Made by a program: the position numbers and the translations under genes
Notes under the pieces: generated by a model
Told to the model about the DNA's origin: nothing
Seen by the model: only the letters and a program-made list of their open reading frames with translations
Database searches by the model: none
Shown here: piece by piece, positions 48,572 to 62,644 of the stretch
Numbering within the stretch: the stretch's first letter is position 1
Layout: each line of letters begins with the position of its first letter
NCBI GenBank assembly: GCA_964247055.1
Contig: OZ176054.1
Location: 2,108,001 to 2,172,000 of the forward strand
DNA from: Paragordius varius
Lineage: Eukaryota > Animalia > Nematomorpha
DNA length: 64,000 nucleotides
Reading direction: 5' to 3'

Positions 48572-49252
48572 TTATAATTTTGTAAATTTTATCACCAATA
48601 AGTGTTCATTTCGTGCTTTTCTCCTAAATATTATTTCTCCCTCATATCCAAACTTAGCTTTAACATATTTTATAATTTGCAGAGGTAAATTTTCTTCAAC
48701 TGCTAACAAATAAAAAACTCCAGTTTTTGGATTCAAAAAATCTTGAAAAACAGGGCGCAGACAAGACACAATAATTTGGTTTCCGTTTAAACCGCCCCCA
48801 TCACATGCTAATTCAATATTTTTGTTGCATTCAGTTAACTCAAGATCTGTCCTACCGTTTTCTATGGGTACATAGGGTGGATTAAAGACAATCAAATCAA
48901 ATTGTCGGGTCGCTTTAATGGCTGAATGTAAAATATCGTCACAAATGATAGAATAATTATTGTTAGAGTTGTGACAACTATTTAAAGATAGTGTTTCGCA
49001 GGTTTTTAAACAAGCTGCAGGATTGACATCGAGGCAAACGTAATGTGAATGTGGGATATCAAAATTGGATTTTATAAATGCGGTAATAATTCCAGAACCA
49101 GAACCGATTTCTAAACACAAAACGGGATTTTGAGATTGAATAAAATGTTTTTCAGATTCAAGAGCATCTAACATAGCAAACGAATCCTCAAATGGTTCAT
49201 ATATAAGGTGTCTTTCTTCATCCGTAAAATGATATATGGGAGTTGGTAACAT
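48572..49252 (-). CDS. N6AMT1: N6AMT1/HEMK2 (eRF1 glutamine methyltransferase, 226 aa, intronless)
   Basis: MLPTP..YEPFEDSFAMLDALE, SAM motif LEIGSGSG, DLIVFNPPYVP, GGxNG, FYLLA and RKARNEHLLVIKF. Confidence 0.95.
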   Translation of the reverse strand: MLPTPIYHFTDEERHLIYEPFEDSFAMLDALESEKHFIQSQNPVLCLEIGSGSGIITAFIKSNFDIPHSHYVCLDVNPAACLKTCETLSLNSCHNSNNNYSIICDDILHSAIKATRQFDLIVFNPPYVPIENGRTDLELTECNKNIELACDGGGLNGNQIIVSCLRPVFQDFLNPKTGVFYLLAVEENLPLQIIKYVKAKFGYEGEIIFRRKARNEHLLVIKFTKL

Positions 49253-49489
49253 GTCAAGAATTATTATATTTCTGTATGTGTTGAATAACTCTTGCTAAAG
49301 CTTCCGGATTAACTCCTTGTTGAAGTAAATGATATGATATTAATAGGGTTGACCTTTTCAAATCCGATTTTAGTAAATGAGCAATTTGTTGAAATTCTTT
49401 AAAATATAATAAAAAATTGTACCTTGAAATCCAATTTCACTTTCTAACGTTTTGGTGCTCGATAACGTCATTTCAAATTTAAAACAAGC

Positions 49490-52400
49490 ATGGATAAGAT
49501 CAGCAGATTTAAATTTTTGAAATTGAACGCATTTATTTTTTCCAAAAATTTTGTTCATACCGCTACAACAAAAGATGGATTAAATTTTGGTATCATTTTC
49601 ATGAATTATTTTTTAGATTTATCGGATGTTCAAAAAGAATTTCAAGAGCTTGCTCGCACGTTTGCTCAACAAGAAATTATACCTAAAGCTCCACACTTCG
49701 ACCGTACGGGTGAATATCCACTCGAAATTATTAAAAAGGCATGGAAACTAGGGTTTTTAAACTCTCACATTCCACAAAAATTTGGTATGATTTAACTCTT
49801 AAAATATAATGATTAAGCGTTTTAATTAAAGTTATTTTATTTTAATTTTGAATATTTTAAGCAATGCATTTGATTTTATTATTTTCTAATTCTGCCTTAA
49901 GTAATTTAAAATATCAATGGGCGGTTAGTTAATGGCTACAAGTTTCGATTTTATATGATGTTTACCGAAATTAATATTATTAAATTTTTATTTATAATTT
50001 AATTATCTTTTATCGCATTAATGTGTTTATGTAAATTAAATATTCCATTATCTTGAGAATAAATCATTAATCATTTAGAAACGTATTATTTTTATCGTGC
50101 ATGTTAATCGTGTGGAATATTTTTTACTTCGTTAATTTTCATCAATTATTTAATTTTAGCTAAAAATCATATGAAATCTTAACTCAAAATTTTAGACATA
50201 ATACCTTTTTTTAATACAGTAAAACCCGTATAATTTTTTTATTAACCCATTAATTAAAATATTCTTCCTTTTTAATTATTACTCTATAGGCACAAATTTA
50301 GGCATTTAATTTGCGTTTAAGCTATTAGACTTAACGATTAATGACATAATATAAATATAAATAATCCTTTTTAAACAGAATTGTTTCCATGTACATTTTA
50401 AATACTTGTTGTTTTTTATATAACAGTTGTTAAAATCCGTAAATAAACGATTCTATTTAATTTTCCTGTATCGTTTATCTTACGGATTTTTACAAAACTT
50501 GTTTTTTATGTTTTATCGATATTAAATCACATTACTCTTCAATGAATTTTATCTATAGGAGGGTCAGAAATGTCCTGTTTAGATGAATGTATTGTGGGTG
50601 AGGAATTAGCTTATGGATGCAGTGGGGTCTGTACAGCTATTCTAGCAAACACGCTGGCAGAAATGCCTGTTATTCTGTTTGGAAACGATGAACAGAAAAA
50701 ACGATTCTTGGGTCGTATGACGGAAGAACCTTTGATGGCTGTATGACAATTTTTTTGTTTTTGCATAAATAAATATTGTAAAAATTGTTACTTGTGATGC
50801 TATAAAAAATAGAGTTTAATATACCCATATGTCTAAAAACATTTTTTTTCGTAAGAAAACTAAAAAAAATATTTTTTTGTTATGGAACTTTAAGTATATC
50901 CAAAAATTAAAAATGAAAATTGGTTGGAAAGCCTTAATTATTACACCAAGATTTATTTTGAAATTATTTTGTTACGGACTCAATAAAAATATTGAGTTTG
51001 ATTGGAGAAGTATTATTGGTTTAAAAATGGTATTTATACTAAAAATTTATTAAGCTTTTTAAAGTTTCCTAAATCCTACTTTAGGCTTATTGTGTATAAT
51101 TTAACTTGGGGCACCTGGTGGAGAAAATATTCAAATTAGTCTTTGCCATAAAATGTAGGTTTTTTAGTTAAATTTTATATTAATAAACCATTTTTTTCTT
51201 TAATTTCAATTTTTTCTTAACATATATTTAAGATCTGTAAGTTGTGTAAAAGTAACTTTTTTTTAATTTTTCCATAAACGTTAATATTTTAGGCCTATTG
51301 TGTAACTGAACCCGGAGCGGGTTCCGATGTAGCAAATATTCAAACACGTGGTGTCCGTCAGGAAGATGGCAGTTATGTAGTGAACGGTTCTAAGCTTTGG
51401 ATTACGAACGGGGGAGTTGCCAATTGGTATTTTTTGTTGGCACGCACTGAACCAGCTGGTTTGCCAGCTGGAAAAGCTTTCACCGGTTTCGTTGTGGATG
51501 CCAACACACCTGGAATAACTGTCGGGAAAAAGGTTTGTCTTACCAAAACGAAATATATTTTAGGTTTTGAAATAATATTTATATTTTAAAATATTAAACA
51601 TGATTTATTTTTTTCAAATTATCATTTTATTTGCGGTGTTGTAGACCAGAAATTAGTTTGGCGAAAAGGTTTTAACGATTTATTTTGGATTGGGTTTTAG
51701 ATTTGTTTTTTTGGGGTATTTTCTATCTGAAATATGTTTTTAGGGCTGTTTTTCTTCTAAAATTGTTTTTTTAGGTTTAAAAAATATAGCAAAAGTTTTT
51801 ATCGGTTTTATTGTGGATGCTAAACCTGTCCCAAATAATTTAAACTAAAAAATGAGAATTATTTTTGAAAAATTAAGCGATTTTTTGAAAAATCAAGAGT
51901 CATTTTAATGGGTTTTTTACTCAAAGCATGAAATTAAAATTAGTAATTGTTTGCCTGTAATATCTATGAACAATTACTAAACAAATACAATCTTTTTTCG
52001 TCATTCATTCTTTATTTGCTAATTAAAAATAATTGTTTAAATACTACATAATATTCATAAAAAAATAAGAATATACTTAGGTTAAGTTAAACTTTATTCA
52101 ATGGAATTCCTAAAAAACAAATATGTTAATTTAAATCTCTTTTATGTTTATTCCAATATCAAAAACAATTACTATTAAGATTATTGCTTGCTTTTCATAT
52201 TTACCTTAGGAGTGGAACATGGGTCAAAGGGCTTCAGACACACGTGCTATAACATTCGATAATGTTCATATACCTGCTAAAGTATTTTTAATTTGTTTTA
52301 TAGTAAAATAAAATAATTTTTGCATTTCAACCGATGTTTGCTTGCTTAAAGTTTTTTTACCTCCTAAAATTGGTGAATTTGAATACAGTAATATCATCAT

Positions 52401-54646
52401 ACATATAGAATAGTTTGATATATATATTTTATATAACAAATATATAATAAGCTTCAATCTAGTCTAATTAACATTTATCCGTTATTATTATGAAACTAAA
52501 AGAGACTTGAAAAAATATTTTAAATTTTATTTACTTTTTCTTGTTTAATCGTTAGAATATTTTGGGACAGCCAGGGATGGGATTCAAGATTGCTATGAAC
52601 GCTTTTGATAAAACCAGACCCCCTGTAAGTTATTAAATCGATTTAATTTTATTTTTTGACAGTATATCTTAAGTTTTATTAAAATTCTAATATGACAATA
52701 ATTTTTTGACCTTATTAAAATTTATAGCAATTTTATGGTTTTTAGTCAGCTTTAATTTATAATAATTAAGTAAACTACAAAGTTTTATGGAATTATATTA
52801 TGAAAAGAGAGTTAGTTGCTCGTTGTAAATACATAATCCGCCCTTAAAAATAACCACAAAAAAAATTAATATAAATTACGTTAGTTTACAATGCAGAATT
52901 ACTACGGAATAAAACTAAAATTAAAAGTTTAAAAAATTGTAATATAAATTATTGATGCCAATTGTTACTTATAAATTCCATCCGAACCTATTTGATTGTG
53001 TTTATTTTACTAATATTTATCATTTTAAATGAATAAAATGATATATATATGCCATCTATTAAAATGATATCATCTGATATTTAATAAGGTTGCTATTGGA
53101 GCTGTGGGCTTAGCCCGACGTGCTTTTGAAGAGGCCACCAAATATGCCCTAGAACGGAAAACGTTTGGAAAACCCATAATTGAGGTACCTACTTTTTATA
53201 TGCATGCAATTAAACTTTTAAATTATAACTTTGTTTTCAACTTTAAAATATTTGTCATATAATGAAAACCATATTTTTTGGAACCTTGATTTTTTAATAT
53301 AACCACCAACCTATAGCTTTCTGTTGCGAAATAAGGTTTATAACTGGCTCGACTAATTTTTGTTTTTAACCAGTTGACCTTTCTTAAATTAATTTAAATT
53401 TAATAAATCATGCAATCTAATAATTATAACCAGATCTTTAATATACTTAATTTATTTGTCCCAATTTTATAAAAATTTTTTATGTGTTAGCACCAAGGTG
53501 TAGCTTTCATGTTAGCCGAAATGGCTATGGGGATTGAAACTGCCAGACTAGTAACTTACAAAGCAGCCCGAGAAAGTGATTTGAATCGAAGAAACACTTA
53601 TTTTGCATCGATAGCAAAGGCTTATGCATCAGAATGTGCCAATAAGTGTGCCTCAGATGCTGTACAAGTGAGAATAAAATTATAATATTTTTAATTGGAT
53701 TGATTTCTTTTAAATATTTTTTTGTTTAATTATAAACGGTGTTTGGATTTCGAATCCTACTTTATTTTATGTTTAAATATTGTTTTTTTGTTAAAAAATT
53801 TAAATAAGTGTAAAGGGTTTATCAACATTTTCGATTTTGGGCTAAAAATTAAATATTTAGTATTGTAAGAATGACAGACTATTTTCTTTGATATGTGTAG
53901 GACAATAATATAGATTCATTCTCAGTGTTTTTTTATGGGAAATATCTGTTTTATTGGGACAATTACTGATTAGATTTGTTAACTTTTTTTGTTTAAAACA
54001 TTTTTTATTTTTTTAGATTTTTGGAGGTTATGGCTTTAACTCGGAATACCCTGTAGAAAAGCTTATGCGGGATGCCAAAATATTTACGGTTCAACCTCTT
54101 TTTATCTTAATCATACATATTTTTATATACTTCATAGTAAATTTGTAGATTGGGATAATTATTTGGTATCTGAATATTTTTAGCTACGAAATATTTTGTA
54201 GACACTTTACTATAATTACAAAATATAGCGATACCACTCTAAGCTTTGCCCAAAAAAATAAAAAAAAAGTATTTATTTGAACAATGTGGATGTAATTGAT
54301 CTTGCCTGTTTGTTTTGTTTTTATCGGTAATAAAACTAAACTTTTTTTGATACGGTACGCCCCCAAAAATGTAATGTAATTGTAATTATCTTTAAGAGAG
54401 TTTATATTTTGGTGTTCATTAATAATATTTATTATTGGATAGAATAAAAAAAATAATACAGTTGTAACGATTCATTATTATAATTTACAACCATCTATTT
54501 AAAATATTTTATCCAATACTTTTATTTTTATGCCTATTTTTTAAATTTTATTTTAAATTTCATAAATGGTTTAGATTTATGAAGGCACTTCACAAATACA
54601 ACGTGTCATTATCGCTCGAGAAATTTCCCAAAAATTTAAATCATAA
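49490..54646 (+). CDS. ACADM: Medium-chain acyl-CoA dehydrogenase, mitochondrial (415 aa); exons 49490-49589, 49617-49784, 50559-50740, 51293-51532, 52210-52281, 52556-52624, 53089-53184, 53491-53667, 54017-54088, 54575-54646
   Basis: [84 protein letters not shown] and catalytic [11 protein letters not shown] basic N-terminal leader is present. Total 1248 nt in frame. Confidence 0.95.
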
Positions 54647-55475
54647 TTTTGCAACATAAATTTTTACAAAGTTTACCAAATTTATATTTTGTTTGTTATC
54701 AAAAAAGTTTTTATTCACATGTCTCTTATCTTATAAAATATTTTTTTGTATTAAATATAAATATGAATGCCTTTCAATGCACAACATACATCATCAAATT
54801 CATGATATATCTTTGAATTCCAAAAATCAGTATTATCTTAATATCGAAAAAAATGTATTTATACTATCCTTACTAAAAATATTATTTATTTTTCATATTT
54901 TGCTCATTTTTGCACCCATACTTTGAAATTGTGTTCTCTCAGAGTTATTTATCTATTAATAAATCTTATTTGGCCATAATATTAATTTTATCTTGTAATA
55001 AAATATTTATGAAAATTAAATTTTTTGAAATTTAAGATAAAAATATAGTTGGCACACAGTATTTCAAGGTAATACTCAAAAAATAAGAATAGATAGATAA
55101 ATAGAAAAATTAAATATTTAGCATTTTGATATCCATATTTATCGCTTCTTTGTTGGTTTAGATGTTTTTAAGAATAATGCTTTCCAATAATACGATATCA
55201 TATCTCTAAAAAAGAAATAATTTTTTTTAGCTATAAAAAAAATCTAGTTGTTAAATTAAAAATAAAAATTTCTCTTTATATCGAAACTTGATCCTTTTTT
55301 TTTCTTTATAGTATATGAAAGATATATTTATAGTTTTTTTTGCTGCCTGTATATCGGCATTTAAATTAAAATTTTTATAACTTAAAACACGAAAATACTA
55401 AACCCCATAATCAATATTAACGATTTTAGATGAATTCTCATTTTTTATAATATTTTTGGTTTGAGATCAGGTATT

Positions 55476-55525
<50 letters not shown>

Positions 55526-56356
55526 AAAATTATTTAATTAAATATATATATTTTTATAATTGCATATTTTAACATTTAGTTTCAAAAGGATATATATTAT
55601 GACCTTGTTAGAAATATATATCTTGAAAAAGTTTATTTGGCACATGTCAACACACTTATTAGTTTTTCGTCTTATTCTATAACACCTAAGCCGTTTAATT
55701 ACAATACTTTTCTTTATCGCATATGCTATTTGGTAATAATTAATAACTTTCTAGCAATACTAATACTATATATAATATATGCATATATCTTGTTATTAAA
55801 AAAGCTCTAAACTTGTTAAGTTAGATACCTTATCTAAAAAATGTTTATTCATGAAATTTTGAATAAAATTAGTAGAGAGAGACACTTTTTAGTTTTAAAG
55901 TTTTTAATATATATTAAGAATTCTAACTTTTTAAAATCTGAAATTTCGGATTATATATATTTAGCTAAGTAATCTTTATACAACATACATAAAATTTTTG
56001 ATTTTTAACGTACTAATCACTATAATCCCCCCGATTTACGTGTTAAATTAAATATTAAATATTTTTTTTGAATATTTTTCTAATATCTGCAGAACAATGT
56101 AAAAACATATAAAATAAATATCCAAATGTTATATAACGGAAATTAAATTTTTTAATAGGCAAAAAAAGGAATCGGAAAATTAAATATTAGCAACATATTA
56201 CATAATTAGGCGAATTTCTAGGTTTTTTTGAAAAAAATTCTATTGCATCGGCCAGCATATTCTATAAACGTAATTATTAAGGTTAATTTTAAAGATTACA
56301 TATTATCATGTCTCTTGAGATTCTATTTAATTAATTGATAAATTAGAAAACCATTC

Positions 56357-56393
<37 letters not shown>

Positions 56394-57359
56394 ATGGCTT
56401 TTTAATTAGTATTTCGTTTCAATTTTATAATTAATATTTAACTGGAATCGAAAAATAGCTAGAAAATCTTGTTTGATCTTTTATTAAAATCAATATTATA
56501 ATGATTTTCAGTATTTATATTGATAAAAACCGACTATGTCTTAAAAGATTTCAAAAAAATAAAATTATTTTTTTATCTTAGATTCAATATTATAAAAATT
56601 ATCATTCAGAACGCATTCTTTCTCTTTTTGTTTTAAAAAAGTAATATCTATAAAACTGGATTGACCAAAAATACATATTTTTTAACCACACCACACCAAA
56701 AACTTGATTCTACTTGGAATTTTAATTGATTTTTTTTGCGCAAAAAAAAACTTTCGAGATAACAAATGTTTTCAAGTGGAAAATACGCTACCTACGCATT
56801 TCGATAACACGTAATATAATAAGTTTTAATGATATTTCTGGCAAAAATCCAAATATAAAAATAAAATGCGATATATTCTAAAAAACTAATTTTTTAATAG
56901 CAGCCTAAAGGGGGGCAAGGGGAATTGAAGGGGCGCCAGTTATAAAATTTTAATTTTATTTCAAAAAAATAGGTATTTAAGAAGTGATTATTTTAAATAT
57001 AAACATAAAAAAATCACCCATTTATGTAAGTCACGGTTTGAAATTCGATTATTTTTATATGCGAGGTTTCGTAGATGCCAGGATTTGCATACGCCTCAAT
57101 AGTAATCATCAATATTGATTATTATCAAAAAATCATTAGGAGAAACTATATCTCAATATTTAATTGCATGAGGTTTGGAGTGCTTATAACTAATATATGA
57201 TTTATTCAATTAAATTAAGCATATTCCATTTTTTAAGACTCAATCAATTTCTTTGATACAAATATCTGGTTGTGTTGCAATTCCTAAACTAACTTCAACA
57301 ATAATATGATAGATATCGTTTAATTTTGATAAATCATAAATAAACTAATTATATAAAAA

Positions 57360-57398
<39 letters not shown>

Positions 57399-57548
57399 AT
57401 TTGTTTGACTTGAAAAATAGTATAATGATCCAGACCGTTCGTTAATATAATTAACCTTGTCTTTCTTTCTATGTGATTGGAAAAACATTATAATTTTTTT
57501 TTGTTTCAAAAAAATAAAAAGAATAATGTCAAAATATTAAATAAATTC

Positions 57549-57591
<43 letters not shown>

Positions 57592-58445
57592 CAAAAAATA
57601 TAATTAATGAATACGTATTCCCAATTAATCTATGTTCCAATATAAAGAATTTTCTCAAAACTTTTTATTAAATTAGTTGATAAAATATTTATTAAGAATG
57701 GTATAAGTTTTTTGCAAAAATGATTAAAAATCAATTTTTTATTTGTAAAATGCAGTGGGAAGGAAGGGTTGGACTTTTTTAGTAGAGAATTTTAAAAACC
57801 AAAATTAGTAAATAAATAAATTTATTTAAAATTTCATAAAATACCAATCTTGAAGTAAAAAAATTTTTTTAAAAAATTTATTGCTGCTAAAACCCATTAA
57901 ACCGCAATTAGCAGAAATTCATACATTGTTGATATGAATACAAATTAGTTAGCTATTTTATTTTTCAGTATATCATTATTAAAAAAAGTAAACAATAGAT
58001 AGATGATGAAAACAGGAAAATACTTTGTATAAAAATATTTGCGATTAAGCATTTTAATTATTTTGTTACAATGAAAGTTATGAGTTTACCCAATACTCTA
58101 TAATTATAATTAAAAATTAAATTATATTTATATTTATATATATATATATATTTATACTAAAAGTTTCAAACAATAAGTGCCTGCCTTCCTCATATGAAAT
58201 ATGTATGTATATATGATACAATTAAATAATTAGTTTTTTTTAAAAAGTGCCATGAATGAATACGCTATTTTTTTCCTTAAAGATTTTTTATTGTTCTTTT
58301 ATTGAAAATTTATATATATATATATATCTGCTAAAAGTTTATTATTGGTTAACTTTATTAATATTTTAATGATTTTTTTGCATTGTTGTATAATACTTTT
58401 TTTAAAAAAAATTAATCCGCAAGTTTTGATTTTCTTGCATAAGTA

Positions 58446-58485
<40 letters not shown>

Positions 58486-59027
58486 TCACTATATACTAAT
58501 TTTTCCGTTGTGTAACCTCAATAATCTTAAAATCTTATTAGGTAATATCCTAACATGTACAGAAATCATTACATGCTTTAAAAAATCTCTCTCTATGACA
58601 ATACTTTTTAAGTGAATCATCCGTAACGTTCTTATTAAAAAAACCAAGAAAGTTGACGGAAAAATCTAATATATATACATCGGTGATTTCAATCTTTGAA
58701 AGGACACGTCTGGATTTTACCAACATGATATTAATTTATCCTAATTACAAAAAGTCTACTAAAAGGCCAATATCCCACAGTTGAAACTTGATACATATCA
58801 ACTTAAAACTTTAGTATATCAGTTTTACCATTGAACTTATTATACGGCAACAAATAAGCTCTACCCCTACGTATTATATGAAGAATCAAGAAAAATCACA
58901 TACTATTATCAAAACTGAAGATCACCCCTTTAAACCTCTTTGAAGTGATCAATAACCTTTAATTATTGATATTTTCAAAATTTTTAACGTTCCCCTCATC
59001 AAAAGACCCAAATAATTCTTTAGTATC

Positions 59028-62000
59028 ATGCAATCATCAGCATTTTTACACCCTGACAACGCAGCTTTTTTAAATCTATCTTACTCTCCTCCCACATATT
59101 CGACCACCGGATCAATCATCAAACTTGGAACATTCGTTGATAACGCGTCAATGACCACATTAATAAGTCCTAACCCCAATATAAGTCAGATAAAACGTAA
59201 CATTTATGCTCAACCATGGTATATTCAACTCATGTATTGCCTCATATTCGGTATTCTAGTAATTCTTTCCACCCTTGGGAATAGTTGTGTTTTGTGGATC
59301 ATTTATCGAAATAGGATTGGAATGAGAACTCCGACCCATTTTTTCATTTTTAACATGAGTGTAGCTGATACACTAATGGCTATTTTTAACATTGCCTTCA
59401 ATTTCGTGTACATGATGAATAGTCATTGGCCTTGGGGATTACTTTACTGTCGATTCAGTAACGTTATATCGAGTTTAACACTTTGTGTCAGTGTTTTTAC
59501 CCTTGTTGCCATCTGTGTTGATCGGTAAGTGTTAATAATGCGTACGTACGTACATTTTTGATTTTTTTATATGTGTATTTTAGGTTTTTAGTTGGTTAAA
59601 ATAATATCAAAGGAGCTGACAAGTTTATAAATATTTTTGGGGTCTCTGATACATTAATCAATCAATCAATCTTTGATCACCTCATTTTCCAAAAAAAACG
59701 TTTAAATAATTATCTTAGATATATTTTTTAAAAATTTTAATATGAAGGACATTGGGGATAGTATCTGTCTTATAAATAAATCATTTGCATCTTTATTAAT
59801 AGGCTACCTCAATAAAGCTTTTTTTGAACAAAGAATTTTTATATAATATTATCCAAGATTATGGGTTAAACCTATATATTTACAGAAACTGGTGAAATTA
59901 TGACATGTAATATAATTTTTTTATTATGTAAACATTTATGGCTTTTGTTAAGGTTTCATGAATGAATTTTCGTAAGTTAAAAATATTTATTTTTTTCTAA
60001 ACTACTTCTCTTTTAAATTATTATAAATTTTTTTTATCGCCAAAATCGTATATGGCCTTTTTTAAAAATATTAACACAAATATCACACAATTAAAATTTA
60101 TTCAAAATAAAATAATCGTTTAAATATAATTAATCTTGATTGATAATTTTGGGATATTGCTTAATAAAATTAATGGATAATTTTGATTTTTCCAAAATTT
60201 TAATATGGGCACGAACTAGAATTACAATGCCAAGCGAAATCTAATTATTCATATGATTAATTGACTCGATGTGAAATAAATTATGTTTTCGGTAAATTAA
60301 GCCATTTTTAACTATATTTAATTGGATGAACGTGTTAACAATTAAATTATTTTGATAAAAAATTTATCTGGATCTAAATTCACAATAAATTTTTATTTTT
60401 TGATGGAAATATCAATCATAATTGGTAATTAATCAATTTTTTGGCATAGGAAGTCTAAAGCAAAATGGTTTCAGGGATTTTTCAAAAACATAAATAGTTA
60501 GTTGGACAAGCAAGGTCACTAACTATTCTGTATGTTTTAAAAAACAGAAAACCATTTTTTTCTGGCATTTGTTTGATAAAAACAATTAATTTCTTTTGCT
60601 AAAATAATAGCCACCAATTATTTTTTTTCTGTTATATATGTATATATGGAAAAGGATAAAACAAATTCTGTTATATAACAAAAATCATTTATATTTATAA
60701 ATAATATTGATAGTTTTAGATATTGCGTGCTCAACCTAAAATTGTATCAATTTTTTTTAGCTCAAAATTAAAATAAAAGAGTAATTTATTTTAAATTCAA
60801 CACTTACTCGGAAGTATACACTAACTGTGTCTGGAAATTTCTAGGATTAATTTTTTTTAAAAAACCCTGAAATATAAGTTTTAAAAATACCCTTATTGTC
60901 ACTACGCTGCAAACGCACTAATTAAATTAGTGTATTTTTAATTCTCCAAACTAGTCCAATGCTAATATTTGGATTTTTTAGCAAGAGTTATTTTCAAAAC
61001 TATAAGAATTAGATAATAAAGTTTTTACAGTTTATCACCGATTTCTACTGTATTTATATTGGTCTCAATATCTGAGCTATTTTTCGCGGGGATTTTTTTA
61101 AGATGTCATAAAATAAAACAGTTATTTTAACATTGTTTTATTACAAATTTGACTTGTCATAATGTTTTTTGGTTTTTATACATTGATTTTTTGTGATATA
61201 TTAAAAATTATGTTTTTGAAATTTGAAACTGATGATCTAATATGTAGTAAGTATATTTATTGAAAATTCAAACGGAAAAACCCTTTGTCTAAAAAACAAA
61301 AAAAATGATATTTTGGTACTTTTTTCCTGTTTAAGAAAAACTTACATCAACTCTATTTTATTCTTTACCAAGATCATTACAAAATCTAATATAGACATCT
61401 CTAATAACCAAAACCAATAATAAATGTAAAAATGATGAATAAATTATCATACATTATTGCGATTGTTTTCTCGTTATCTGTTCTTTTTGGTGAACACTTG
61501 ATTGAATTTCATATATATTTATTTAATTATACATACATATATTAGACAGGAGGCACAGCAATTTTGAAAATTTTTGTCATTTATATAATATTTTTAGCAT
61601 AGAGTTTAATTTCAGTTAAAACTTATATTTATTAAAGATGAATAATGAAATATATTATAAGCCAAACAGCTGATCTCCGGTAGTTAGACTATAGTTTTTT
61701 GGGTTTTGAAGGTCAATCCCTGAAAACTCAATAAAAATTATTGAATTTTTAACAAAAAGCGTCGTTTAGAAAAAGTTTTGTTAATATAGATAGATGCATG
61801 GCTGCTAAATCATTGCAAAAGCTTGAGTCAAAAACTCAGTATGTTATATAAGTATTTAAAGGAGTAAATGATTAATTTTCATTACATAAAGATTAAAGGG
61901 AGATTAGAGTACGACAATTTAAATTTTTACAAAAACTTATTTATTATGAGTTAAATTTAGCAGATTTATAAATTTAAGTTATAAATATTATTAAACATTA

Positions 62001-62644
62001 TAATTCTTAGATCTTGCAAGACTCTTTTACCTGACAATTTGGTTTAAATTTAACTTAAATGAAAAAAAAATACATAAACGAACTTTGAATTGTTTCCGAT
62101 TTTTATCGCGAGGGCTTCTTCATAAACCTAAACTATAATTAATTTATGAATATTATACAAAAAATATTTAATTCGGTATTCGGAATTTAATTTTATTTAT
62201 ATACAGTATGCATTTTATTGTCAGTTAAGTATTTTATTGCCAGTCAAATAAAAGAAATGGTTTATCAAATGCGTAAAATACTGCTCCACAAAATTATTTC
62301 ATACTGCACATATGAAAGAGGATTGACGTGAGAATTAACATAGGCTTTAATTTGATGGATATTTTTTTATTACATTCGGTCGACACATAAAAAAATTTAT
62401 CCATGTAAGTAAATTGATATTTTTTTATATTACATATTTGCAGATATTTCGTCTTGATACAAATCATACGGCATAAATTGAGTCGAAAAAAGTGTTTTAC
62501 CCTCATTGGATTCATTTGGATTTCGGCATTCGCCATTTCGATTCCTAATCTGTTGTATTCACACATCCATACATGGAAATATAGCGATGGCACTAAAAGG
62601 ACTGTATGTTACCTGGAGTTTAAACGTGACCGGGATTCTTTAAT
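59028..62644 (+). CDS. Tachykinin-receptor-like class A neuropeptide GPCR, 5' part (exons 59028-59524 and 62444-62644; TM5-7 not found in the window)
   Basis: N-glycosylation sequons in the N-terminus, QPWYIQLMYCLIFG, TM1 GN, MRTPTHFFIFNMSVAD, FNFVYMMNSHWPWG..YC, VFTLVAICVD|RY across a phase-2 intron, TM4 W..P, and ECL2 RTVCY. Confidence 0.8.
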
